DNA of 64,000 nt. It comes from Eledone cirrhosa. Lineage: Eukaryota. The position numbers and the translations under genes are program-made. Location: NCBI GenBank assembly GCA_964016885.1, contig OZ024740.1:266786001-266850000 (forward strand). The letters are read 5' to 3'. The notes under the pieces were generated by a model. That model was not told the DNA's origin. It ran no database searches and worked only from the letters and a program-made list of their open reading frames with translations. Shown piece by piece: positions 41,328-53,800 of this stretch. Each line of letters opens with the position of its first letter. The stretch's first letter is position 1.

Positions 41328-42241
41328 TCTATATATATAAAACTGAGGATGTCTGTCTGTGTGTGAGTTTGAATCCCTGAAACTAAAGAAGCACTCAACC
41401 GATTGTTTTCAAACTTTACACATATAATACTTATGTTTCAGGGAGTGTTCTGAGCAAAAGAAATTTCAAATTTTCAATGGCCTAGGGACCGCATTAGGCG
41501 ATTTAGCGATCTCTCTCTATAATTCTTAGTTTTTCTCTTTTTAGATAGATACATACATATAACGTCGCGCCCATATAATATCTGTCTATATGTCTGACTG
41601 TCTGCATTACGTCACTTCCCTGAGGATGTCTGTCTGTGTGTGTGTCTGTGAGTTTGAATCCCTAAAACTCGAGAAGTACCCAACGGACATTTTTCAAACT
41701 TTACATGTGTATTACTTATGTGTCAGGGGGTGTTATGCACATAATTCAACTTTTTAATCCCCTATGGCCCGCATTAGTTGAAAAACTGCGTTTTTTCAGA
41801 TTTTTAGGGGGTTTTTTAGGTGTTACGTTAGACTGATTTCCTTGAAATTGTTACTATGTATTAGTTAGTCTCTTCATACCGTGAGCAAAGAAAATCCAAC
41901 TTTTTTATGACCTAGGGCAAGCATTAGGTGAAAAACTTTATTTTTAAAGCTTTTTAGGGCTTTTTTGAGGCGTTACGTCTAGCCGATTTTTCCCGAAATT
42001 TCAAGGCATATTATGCACATAAAAAAAATTCATTTTCTTGATCCCCTAGGGCCCGCATTATGTGAAAACCTGTATTTTTCCTGCTTCATCGAGGAAAATC
42101 TTAAAGATTATCCAGCCATCAGAGTATTCGGTTTATTTTCTTTACATTTTGTCCAGGCATGCAGTTTTTCCACGATTAGGTCTGTTGGCGGCCCGCGTTC
42201 CAAAATACCTTATCCCGTGCAACGCCGGGTACCACTGCTAG
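41328..42241 (+). mobile_element. Non-autonomous Helitron (5' end related to family A, different body)
   Basis: tctatatatataaaactgaggatgtctgtctg start, 3' cccgtgcaacgccgggtaccactgCTAG, and an internal diverged duplication. Confidence 0.8.
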
Positions 42242-43031
42242 TATATAATATAAAAGAAAGATGTTTATTGGTTGGTTGGCTGGCTGGTTGGTTGATTGGT
42301 TGGCTGGCTGGTTGTTTGGTTGGTTGGTTGGCTGGCTGGTTGGTTGGTTGGTTGAATCACATGAAAACTATACACACACACATTCACACACAAATACATA
42401 CACATACGTCTAAAGAGAGAGAGACACATAGGGAGAGGTATAAAGGGTGAGATAGGCCATTATATATATAGAGAGAGATACAATTAAAGTGTCAGATATT
42501 CAGAGAGAGTAACTTCCCATGAAAGTCTAGAAACGGCTTAAACTATAGGTCCTTTGATCTATAGGAAGGTTTAACAATATTATGGTAGCTTTTATAAAGT
42601 CGTTTTACAGTCTTTGATTTTACAGAACAAAGAAAAATTGATGCTATTTGAAATAAATCTACCCTCCAACTTTTATCTATATACTACTTACAGACCGTAC
42701 TAACGAAGCTAAACACTTCAGAAGCAATGTTATGCGGTATATTGCTGTGTTTCAGATGATGTCCTTTGGTGCTGAAAAAGATCATACTGACTATCGTTAT
42801 TTCACAACATTTAAATCCAAGGCAGATGCTACCATTTAATCGGCAGTTTACTCCTTCAGCCTAATAAGAAATTTTATGATTGTTCTTTTTATGTCTCTCT
42901 CACACACACTCACATACACACACACATTACAGTTTTATCTCATACCAGACAACACATCCAATACAGTTGTTTTCTCTTTCATCCGTCTTCCCGTCACTGT
43001 TCTCCCGGGCGAAGCCGGGTACCTCAGCTAT
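42242..43031 (+). mobile_element. Non-autonomous Helitron-like element, termini slightly decayed
   Basis: tatataatataaaagaaagatg followed by (tggt/tggc)n near the 5' end; 3' cccgggcgaagccgggtacctcagCTAT. Confidence 0.6.
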
Positions 43032-43122
43032 TATAATATATATATATATATTTATATATTATATCATATTATATTATATTATATTGTATATATAATATAT
43101 AATAGTATATATATATATATAT

Positions 43123-43337
43123 ATATTTAATGTATAATAAACAACACAGTATAATTACCTCATTACCTGAGGTTTCCCGAACAGGACGAACACAAGAGAC
43201 GTCCGCATTCGTTTGTCAGATAAGGCAATATCTGCCTTATCTGATGAACGAATGCAGACGTCTCTTGTGTTCGTCCTGTTCGGGAAACCTCGGGTAATGA
43301 GGTAATTATACTGTGTTGTTTATTATACATTAAATAT
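43123..43337. repeat. Near-perfect 215 bp palindrome (about 105 bp arms, 5 nt spacer)
   Basis: 43123-43227 is the reverse complement of 43233-43337 apart from a few transitions. Confidence 0.95.
43233..43304 (+). ncRNA. Type I hammerhead ribozyme motif (right arm of palindrome)
   Basis: UGCCUUAU-CUGAUGA-aCGAAUG...UGUUCGg-GAAAC-CUCGG-GUA-AUGAGGUA; stems I, II and III all pair. Confidence 0.7.
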
Positions 43338-43401
43338 TTAGCTCTGTTACTTACATAGAGCACTCTTCATTCCTTTTACTTTTTCCACGGAAACTTCAAC
43401 A

Positions 43402-43449
<48 letters not shown>

Positions 43450-44105
43450 GTGTATTGAGTAGTTCAAAACTCAAGCATTCCTTTACAATGAAATAGCTGA
43501 AAGAAAAGAAATATTTCTGAGCCGTATAATACAAGTAAATATAAATTAATATATATGATGAAACACAAATACCAACATATCTGTGTTTATATTGTAAAAT
43601 AAATTAAGTTAGCTAGAATGAAATATACTAATTATAATATTACAGTTTGCCTATCTCGATTTAAAATAATAAAACAATAAAAACAAACAGTATTGGCAAA
43701 TGGCCATGGTGTTTTGACAAATTAAAATTTCAAAATCAAACCTGTTCCGTAGATAAGTTTAAACTTTAAAATCCAAATATGTTTCGAGATGAATAAGTGT
43801 AAGGATATCGTGTCCAGCTCACATCAGTAAACACCCTGAACAAATTGATATGCTTCACTTCTAAATATTTTAAAAGACTGTTTAACGCACATGGTTTCCC
43901 AGTTTCTAGCCAGCCTCATACTCGTACTGCTAGAAATAACAGCCGTATATATGGGGCTACTATCAGCTCAACGTAAGGAGCAATTATATTAAGTGTATTG
44001 AGTTCAAAACTCAAGCATTCCTTTACAATGAAATTTCTTTTACAATATAAACACAGATCTGTTGGTATTTGTGTTTCATCATATATATTAATTTATATTT
44101 ACTTG

Positions 44106-44132
<27 letters not shown>

Positions 44133-44136
<4 letters not shown>

Positions 44137-44976
44137 TAATAAAATAATGAATAAACAAAGAAACAGTTCCTTATATTAAAAAATTCATCATTTTACGATC
44201 GTTTCTAGGATATATATGTGTTAGAGTTGGTATGCATATTCTATAGATCTATGTACAATATTTATACAAACTATTAGAGGGAATATACATACCTACACAT
44301 ATATATGCTGTCTTCAGAAATAATGATATTTGTTTATTGAAAAAAACAAAGATTCAATATAATAGGTCTGTTTGGGAACAGGTTTTGAATTGACCAATAG
44401 AGAGATAGTGAGGGTCAGGATAGTAATATAGTAGTAGAAGAACCTTAAATTATGGGTAGAGGAAGGTAGATTTCAGTTTTGGATGGAAAAGAATATTATG
44501 AATGAAGGATTATTTTAGGGAAGAAATAGGTCTTATGCTGACCTCAGAAATAATTTTATTTGTTCATTGAATAAAACCAACAAAGATCTAATATATTCTG
44601 TCTGTATGGTAAGAGGTTTAGAATTAACCATTAGAAAGATAATAATTGGCCAAATGGTAAAATAGTAGTAATTGAAGCTTATTTTAGGGGTGAAACTGGG
44701 TCAAGTGGTCAGTAAAAGGTATACAAGCAGTTGCTGTTATAAAATAGTAATGCCAATACAAATATCTAAGGTGACTAAAGTTTTACGATAAGAATGTTAG
44801 TGAAAAAAATACATCTATGAAAAGAATATAAATTAATTTAATTGATGGGTATATTTATATTGATAAAATTATACTAATACATATAGGTATTTTAAATAAG
44901 AGTTAGATGCAGTTGAAAAGTGCTGTTAAAGATGAGGGGAAATTAAAAGAATATAAAAATAATATATATATATATA

Positions 44977-45028
<52 letters not shown>

Positions 45029-45057
45029 TATACACATGCACATACACATATACACAC

Positions 45058-45154
<97 letters not shown>

Positions 45155-45163
45155 CATGCACAT

Positions 45164-45196
<33 letters not shown>

Positions 45197-45683
45197 CACA
45201 CATACACACTTACATATACATATAATTATTGGAGGGGGGGATTAAATTTATTGGTGAGAAATAATAAAAAATATATATAGTTTTCAAGGAACATAGAGTC
45301 ATAACCTGAAGTTAAAGCATTATATATGTTTACTTAATGGTATCAGTTTTAGGAAATGATAGTTGTAAGAAGGAAAGCAAAATTATGTAGTTCATCAGTA
45401 GTGGAGTATTAATTATAGGTTAACTAAATTAAAAATAGTTTATATATTAATTTCTAAAGTGTATATTAATTAGGTTTATAATATTTAAAGTAGAATTATG
45501 TAGTTCATCAGTAGTAGAATATTAATTATAGGTTAACTAAATTAAAAATAGTTTATATATTAATTTCTAAAGTGTATATTAATTAGGTTTATAATATTTA
45601 AAGGTTTTTCTCAGTTTATGAGTACACGATATTATTAATTCCTGTCCCTTATTTAATAGGATATCCTTAGATTTCATTATTTC
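44133..45683 (-). mobile_element. 3' fragment of a related PLE (end of GIY-YIG coding region, 3' region with microsatellite, terminal hammerhead)
   Basis: 45585-45683 is a diverged copy of 49252-49356 (EIMKS.DILLNK.QELIISC.HKL). The terminal segment 44133-44340 aligns with 45905-46125. Flanked by (TA)n. Confidence 0.75.
44185..44326 (-). ncRNA. Type I hammerhead ribozyme motif with long stem II
   Basis: Minus strand: UCAUUAUUU-CUGAAGA-[cagcAUAUAUAUGUGU...ACACAUAUAUAUccua]-GAAAC-GAUC-GUA-AAAUGAUGA. It has a 9-bp stem I, an intact core and the palindromic stem III ACGAUCGU. Confidence 0.75.
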
Positions 45684-45692
45684 AGTCTAGAC

Positions 45693-45772
<80 letters not shown>

Positions 45773-45957
45773 GATAAATCTACCAAGAGTTTACGGTAGT
45801 GTCCAATCCGTATGAAGAACTCAATGTATTCCGGATATCATGGAAAGAAGAGATGTAATGAAAATCCACTTTCGGTGAAAGATAAACGGTATACAGAGTC
45901 AAGATAAAATATTAAACAAATAATGAACAAACAATTCCTTATATTAAACAAAAAAAG

Positions 45958-46112
45958 TTCACTATTTAACGATCGTTTCTAGGGTATATATGTGTTATAA
46001 TTGGTATGCATATTTAACAGATCTATGTACAAAATTATACAAAATTATACAAATTATCAAGATTAAATATACATACCTAACTCATATATACGCCGTCTTC
46101 AGAAATAATGAA
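45958..46112 (-). ncRNA. Type I hammerhead ribozyme motif with long stem II (GUU site)
   Basis: Minus strand: UUCAUUAUUU-CUGAAGA-[cggcGUAUAUAUG...CAUAUAUACccua]-GAAAC-GAUC-GUU-AAAUAGUGAA. Confidence 0.7.
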
Positions 46113-46879
46113 GTATATTTATTGATAATAACAACAATTCAAAATATCAGTTCAAAATTGACCAATGAAAACACAAAGGGTTAAAAGCAGTTTGGTGTGT
46201 GTATATACATGTAAAACCTTACACATATTTTACAATAATGTGTGTATAATTTGTATGTGCATACTAAAAAGATGGATGCAAACACAAAATTTCAAGGTTA
46301 ATATCTCTGTAAGCTTAATGCGCTGATAAGATACGCAATGATACTTATGGAGTCAAGCATATAAATATATTTTTTTCATACTCACACATATCAGTATAAT
46401 CACACATACATGTGCATATATGCATAAATATACACATAACCACGAACATACAAACACACACACTCCCCCACTCACATTTATATATGTGGATATAAAATCA
46501 TAAGCAAATAGAAATTAAGTCACTCACATAAAAACACTGGTACACACATTTCAAGATCAAGATACAGAAATTAGGTGGGAGGGGGGGGGAGGGGTCAGTA
46601 TTAGATTGTCAGACCAGACAGCCTAATATAAATGTATCTATAAATTAAGAAAAATAAAAAAATAAAAACAATAAAATATAATAAATATAATATAATGTAC
46701 ATACACATACAGATATACATACACATACATACATGTACGCGCACATAGAGATATCTACACATACATACATACACACATACCTATACTGTCATACACATAC
46801 ATACATTTACACGAACATACACATACACATATAAAAAGATATAAATACACACACACTCACGCGCAACACATACACACAT

Positions 46880-46920
<41 letters not shown>

Positions 46921-46941
46921 TATACACACACACATAGACTC

Positions 46942-46973
<32 letters not shown>

Positions 46974-47282
46974 ATACAAACATATATATCCCCACACTCA
47001 TACCACCATAAATACACATACAAACACCCACATGTATATATATATATATATATATACATATATATCCACACACACACACGTACATATATATATATATACA
47101 TACACACACATACACATACATACATATATATACACACACATAAAAAACAGACATGCACATATATATATATATATATATATATATTTTTCATTACTCTTAT
47201 ATATACACACAGTATATATACATACACAACCTCACTTATACACATATACACATAAGTTATATTACAATAATAATAAAGAATA

Positions 47283-47319
<37 letters not shown>

Positions 47320-47474
47320 TATATATATATACACATACATACATACACATACATACAAACACCTAAATATATACATACATAAATACACACATACGAATAA
47401 AGACATATATTCACACATAGACGCCTATATACACATATATATATATATACATATATATATATATCTATATATAT

Positions 47475-47517
<43 letters not shown>

Positions 47518-49251
47518 CACACACACACACACACACAGACACACATACACACTCACATATATATATATATATATGTGTATGTGAGTGTGCGCAAATACAT
47601 ATATATATACACACACACATACAAACACACACAAACACATACATATGCATACGTGCACACACACACACATATATCACATAGATACGAAGATAAACATATA
47701 AATAGAGAGACATACAAATATATACAGAACCCATATACACATACATACAAACACGCATATACATATACATACATATATACACATATATATATTCCTATAT
47801 ACAAGCATACACATACATACACATATATACATATACATACACATATACATACCACACATTCACATACACATACATATATAATACATATATATACATATAT
47901 ATACATACATATGTATGTACAATCATATATACACACTCAATCTTACATTCATATTTACATGCTCATATATGTATTTTTATATTTAGAAATAAATACCAAA
48001 ACCTATATAGACACCCACCTACACATATATTCATACATATACGCTTACAAAAACAGATGATAATAGTATGGGGGAAAGGGGGGGTTTGGAGAAGGGGATC
48101 AAAGTAAATATATGTTTCAAGAAACATATAATATTTTCCGTATCTTAATTCAATGTATGTTCTTACATATTTTCAGTGCTAGGAAATACGAAATCTATGC
48201 ATCCCAAAATAAAAAAGTATACCATTAATCATATGTTAACTAAACCAAAGATAGTCAACATATTGATTTCCAAGGTGTAAATTAGTTAGGTTTATAATAT
48301 TTGAAGCAGAATTATGAAGTCAAACAGTAGTAGATTATTAATTACATTATAACTAAATTAAAGTTAATAACGTTATGGTATCAATATTAGGAGATGAATT
48401 TAGTAATAGGGAAAAGAAACCCAAATAAAAATAAAATAAAGTATTACATCGGTAGTAGCATATAAATTATATGTTAACTAAATTAAAAATTATATATTTA
48501 TTTCAATAGTATACGTTAATTAGTATATGTTAATTAGGTATACAATACATAAAGCAGATATTGTATTTCATCAATAGCATAATATAATTATATGCAAATA
48601 AAAATCAAAATTAATACGCATACACATACATATACATACACATACACATATATATACATATACACACATATATATATATATATACATATATATACACATA
48701 TATACATATATAGTCACATAAATATACATACAGATACACATACAATACACACATATACATATACATATAGATATACATATCTTTTTCAAAAAATTGCACA
48801 GAATATATTAACTAGGTATATATCCAAAACACATCCCATTCTATGATTACATGACATTCTGCAATTCGTCTGTACAAGGATACTAATTTTAAGCAAATTA
48901 AAATTAAAGTTTTAGGTTGATTAAAACTAAAACCAAATAATAAATATATTTCCAAAATGTATATTAATTAGGTCTATAATACTAAAAATTCTTTCTCCGT
49001 CATAGGATACATGATATTATTTTGTTATATTTTATCTGTAAAAGAATTATAATAAAAAAAATTATAATAAAAGGTTAAAATAAATTAAAATTAATCTATA
49101 AATTAAATTACTGAGTATATATTAGTAATATTTAAAGGTTTTTCAAAATTTATGATTACATAATATTTTCTCATCTGTAATAAAATATTAATTAAATTAA
49201 ATTTATAGGTTAACTAACATTTAAATTAAATTAAATTCTAGAATAATGTTA

Positions 49252-50820
49252 TTAATTAGGTTTATAATATTTAAATGTTTTTTTTAGTTTATGATTACAC
49301 GATATAATTAATTCCTGTCTTTTATTTAATAAGATATCCCTAGACTTCATTATTTCAAATAGTTCTTGGGAACATAATCTACATTCCTTTCTATTATTTT
49401 GATAAGGGGTGGCTCTTTTGAGCACACTCCAGGTCAAATCATATTTTATATTTTTATTTTTATAACTATTGATTTTTTCTGCTAGAGATGTTGTATTAGC
49501 CAGTGCGGCATTTTTAAAGCTATGTTTGTGGGTATTATACCTTGTCTTAAAATTGTTAGAGGTAGCTCCTATATATGAGCAAATAGAATCTTTAGTTTTA
49601 ACATTACATTTATAGACTATGTTGTTAACAAGACAATTCCCTTTTAATGGGCAGTTTGTTTTGTTTCTACAGTTACATCCTTTCGTTAATTCTGTATTTG
49701 AGGAGATATTATTGTTAATTTGATGTACTGGTGGTATACTTATGGTTTTCTTACATTTATATGCATTATATGCACTTATATTTTGTTTTATGTTATTTGT
49801 TGTAGAGTATGAGAATTTAACTGTAGACCTATTTAAGATTTGATGGTATTTGTGGTTTGGCGGGAAGTTTTTCTCAAGGATATAAAAAAATTTTTTAGCA
49901 ATATTATCCTTAACTTGTAAATTAAAAGGAGCATTATACCAAGTAACTCGTCTATTACGGTTTCTATGTTGTTTATTATTTTTATTATTTTTATATGTTG
50001 TATCATGATTTTTACTAGGAGGATTAATGTTAATGATCTCACCACAACTATTTTTAGTTATATTTGTAGATTTAGGTGTTTTATCTTTTTTATTAGGAGT
50101 TTTATTATTAATATTTATTATAGTCGTATGATGAGTAGTTTTTTGAGGGTTACTATACTTTATATTAGAAGATTTAGTATTTTGGGGTATACTGTGGGTG
50201 GCATTTAGGTGTGTACTTTTCATTTGGTGTTTGTTGGTAATATTATGCTGTATGCTTTCAGTATTTTTAGTAGAAGGTATATACTCTAATCTATTTTTGT
50301 GGCCACTTCTATCTAGAGCTTCATTATAAAAGGTCGCATTTTTATCAAATACATCTTGGTTAGAAGAAAGGTTAGAAATTCTAAGTGATATATTATATGC
50401 AAGGTTTTTAAGGATAGATTTAGGGTGATTAGATTGTGAGTGTATGTAATGTAAGTTTTGGTTAGGTTTATGGTAAGGTTGGTATATACCCGTAGCTAAA
50501 TCTAAAGTTATATCTAGGAAATTTACTACTTTACTTGTTTTTTCAAAAGTAATATTAAGATTATAATAGTCTTTAAGGAAAGTTCTAATATGCTTTTTGT
50601 TTTTTTCGATTTCTGAAAGGCTAAGGTTGTTAGAAAGAAGAAGACAGTCATCACGATATAAACCACCTTTGAGGTGGGGAAAAGAGGCATTTATGTTGAA
50701 AAGGAGAAAGAGGCCCACAAGATCAGTAATTTGGGCGGAATCGCTTGAACCCATAGTAATATCAAAAAGATTACTGTAAGTGTTTCTGGTAATATCAAAA
50801 AGATTACTGTAAGTGTTTCT
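49252..50820 (-). CDS. PLE ORF, C-terminal part (RT motif B onward, thumb, N/K/T-rich linker, CxC...CP zinc linker, GIY-YIG), uninterrupted
   Basis: FDITMGSSDSAQITDLVG, GLYRDD, VNFLDITLDL, SNHP, CNCRNKTNCPLKGNCL, IVYKC, YIGAT, RYNTH, CRLC..E, CNH. Confidence 0.9.
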   Translation of the reverse strand, partial: RNTYSNLFDITRNTYSNLFDITMGSSDSAQITDLVGLFLLFNINASFPHLKGGLYRDDCLLLSNNLSLSEIEKNKKHIRTFLKDYYNLNITFEKTSKVVNFLDITLDLATGIYQPYHKPNQNLHYIHSQSNHPKSILKNLAYNISLRISNLSSNQDVFDKNATFYNEALDRSGHKNRLEYIPSTKNTESIQHNITNKHQMKSTHLNATHSIPQNTKSSNIKYSNPQKTTHHTTIININNKTPNKKDKTPKSTNITKNSCGEIININPPSKNHDTTYKNNKNNKQHRNRNRRVTWYNAPFNLQVKDNIAKKFFYILEKNFPPNHKYHQILNRSTVKFSYSTTNNIKQNISAYNAYKCKKTISIPPVHQINNNISSNTELTKGCNCRNKTNCPLKGNCLVNNIVYKCNVKTKDSICSYIGATSNNFKTRYNTHKHSFKNAALANTTSLAEKINSYKNKNIKYDLTWSVLKRATPYQNNRKECRLCSQELFEIMKSRDILLNKRQELIISCNHKLKKTFKYYKPN

Positions 50821-50821
50821 G

Positions 50822-53800
50822 AACCTTTGGCATTGAAAAGTCCACACTTCAACCTGAAAGATCACAAATCTAATTTTAACTCTAATCCTTCTATTAGACT
50901 TATATGTCCCTCCAAATCAGATATTGGAATAATTAGCAAAAAAATTTTAGATAGAGTCATCCCACAAATAAGAAAATACGTTATTTTACCACTCTGGGAA
51001 AACACCTCCCAGGTAATTAATTGGTTTAAAAATATTAGGTGTAAATCTTCTGCTTCTTTCCTACAATTTGATATAGATAATTACTATTCTTCTATATCAC
51101 CCATACTCCTGAACAAAGCATTAATATTTGCTAAAAATAGATCTAATTTAACTTCGGATGACATTAACATTATTACACATGCTAGACAAACACTTATTGA
51201 ATTTCAGAATGAATACTGGACCAGAAACACTTACAGTAATCTTTTTGATATTACTATGGGTTCAAGCGATTCCGCCCAAATTACTGATCTTGTGGGCCTC
51301 TTTCTCCTTTTCAACATAAATGCCTCTTTTCCCCACCTCAAAGGTGGTTTATATCGTGATGACTGTCTTCTTCTTTCTAACAACCTTAGCCTTTCAGAAA
51401 TCGAAAAAAACAAAAAGCATATTAGAACTTTCCTTAAAGACTATTATAATCTTAATATTACTTTTGAAAAAACAAGTAAAGTAGTAAATTTCCTAGATAT
51501 AACTTTAGATTTAGCTACGGGTATATACCAACCTTACCATAAACCTAACCAAAACTTACATTACATACACTCACAATCTAATCACCCTAAATCTATCCTT
51601 AAAAACCTTGCATATAATATATCACTTAGAATTTCTAACCTTTCTTCTAACCAAGATGTATTTGATAAAAATGCGACCTTTTATAATGAAGCTCTAGATA
51701 GAAGTGGCCACAAAAATAGATTAGAGTATATACCTTCTACTAAAAATACTGAAAGCATACAGCATAATATTACCAACAAACACCAAATGAAAAGTACACA
51801 CCTAAATGCCACCCACAGTATACCCCAAAATACTAAATCTTCTAATATAAAGTATAGTAACCCTCAAAAAACTACTCATCATACGACTATAATAAATATT
51901 AATAATAAAACTCCTAATAAAAAAGATAAAACACCTAAATCTACAAATATAACTAAAAATAGTTGTGGTGAGATCATTAACATTAATCCTCCTAGTAAAA
52001 ATCATGATACAACATATAAAAATAATAAAAATAATAAACAACATAGAAACCGTAATAGACGAGTTACTTGATATAATGCTCCTTTTAATTTACAAGTTAA
52101 GGATAATATTGCTAAAAAATTTTTTTATATCCTTGAGAAAAACTTCCCGCCAAACCACAAATACCATCAAATCTTAAATAGGTCTACAGTTAAATTCTCA
52201 TACTCTACAACAAATAACATAAAACAAAATATAAGTGCATATAATGCATATAAATGTAAGAAAACCATAAGTATACCACCAGTACATCAAATTAACAATA
52301 ATATCTCCTCAAATACAGAATTAACGAAAGGATGTAACTGTAGAAACAAAACAAACTGCCCATTAAAAGGGAATTGTCTTGTTAACAACATAGTCTATAA
52401 ATGTAATGTTAAAACTAAAGATTCTATTTGCTCATATATAGGAGCTACCTCTAACAATTTTAAGACAAGGTATAATACCCACAAACATAGCTTTAAAAAT
52501 GCCGCACTGGCTAATACAACATCTCTAGCAGAAAAAATCAATAGTTATAAAAATAAAAATATAAAATATGATTTGACCTGGAGTGTGCTCAAAAGAGCCA
52601 CCCCTTATCAAAATAATAGAAAGGAATGTAGATTATGTTCCCAAGAACTATTTGAAATAATGAAGTCTAGGGATATCTTATTAAATAAAAGACAGGAATT
52701 AATTATATCGTGTAATCATAAACTAAAAAAAAACATTTAAATATTATAAACCTAATTAATAACATTATTCTAGAATTTAATTTAATTTAAATGTTAGTTA
52801 ACCTATAAATTTAATTTAATTAATATTTTATTACAGATGAGAAAATATTATGTAATCATAAATTTTGAAAAACCTTTAAATATTACTAATATATACTCAG
52901 TAATTTAATTTATAGATTAATTTTAATTTATTTTAACCTTTTATTATAATTTTTTTTATTATAATTCTTTTACAGATAAAATATAACAAAATAATATCAT
53001 GTATCCTATGACGGAGAAAGAATTTTTAGTATTATAGACCTAATTAATATACATTTTGGAAATATATTTATTATTTGGTTTTAGTTTTAATCAACCTAAA
53101 ACTTTAATTTTAATTTGCTTAAAATTAGTATCCTTGTACAGACGAATTGCAGAATGTCATGTAATCATAGAATGGGATGTGTTTTGGATATATACCTAGT
53201 TAATATATTCTGTGCAATTTTTTGAAAAAGATATGTATATCTATATGTATATGTATATGTGTGTATTGTATGTGTATCTGTATGTATATTTATGTGACTA
53301 TATATGTATATATGTGTATATATATGTATATATATATATATATGTGTGTATATGTATATATATGTGTATGTGTATGTATATGTATGTGTATGCGTATTAA
53401 TTTTGATTTTTATTTGCATATAATTATATTATGCTATTGATGAAATACAATATCTGCTTTATGTATTGTATACCTAATTAACATATACTAATTAACGTAT
53501 ACTATTGAAATAAATATATAATTTTTAATTTAGTTAACATATAATTTATATGCTACTACCGATGTAATACTTTATTTTATTTTTATTTGGGTTTCTTTTC
53601 CCTATTACTAAATTCATCTCCTAATATTGATACCATAACGTTATTAACTTTAATTTAGTTATAATGTAATTAATAATCTACTACTGTTTGACTTCATAAT
53701 TCTGCTTCAAATATTATAAACCTAACTAATTTACACCTTGGAAATCAATATGTTGACTATCTTTGGTTTAGTTAACATATGATTAATGGTATACTTTTTT

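Larger units (their letters stand above)
45905..50821 (-). mobile_element. Penelope-like element (Nematis-like), 5'-truncated, with about 3.3 kb 3' region ending in a hammerhead
   Basis: Open ORF 49252-50865 followed by AT-rich degenerate repeats, a compound microsatellite and a hammerhead motif at 45958-46112. Confidence 0.85.

Noticed and set aside
52069-52071. In-frame TGA in the PLE ORF as possible selenocysteine (as described for Naiad PLEs)
   Set aside because: It replaces a Trp codon (TGG in the sister arm), not a Cys, and the element has a C-terminal endonuclease; a simple nonsense mutation.
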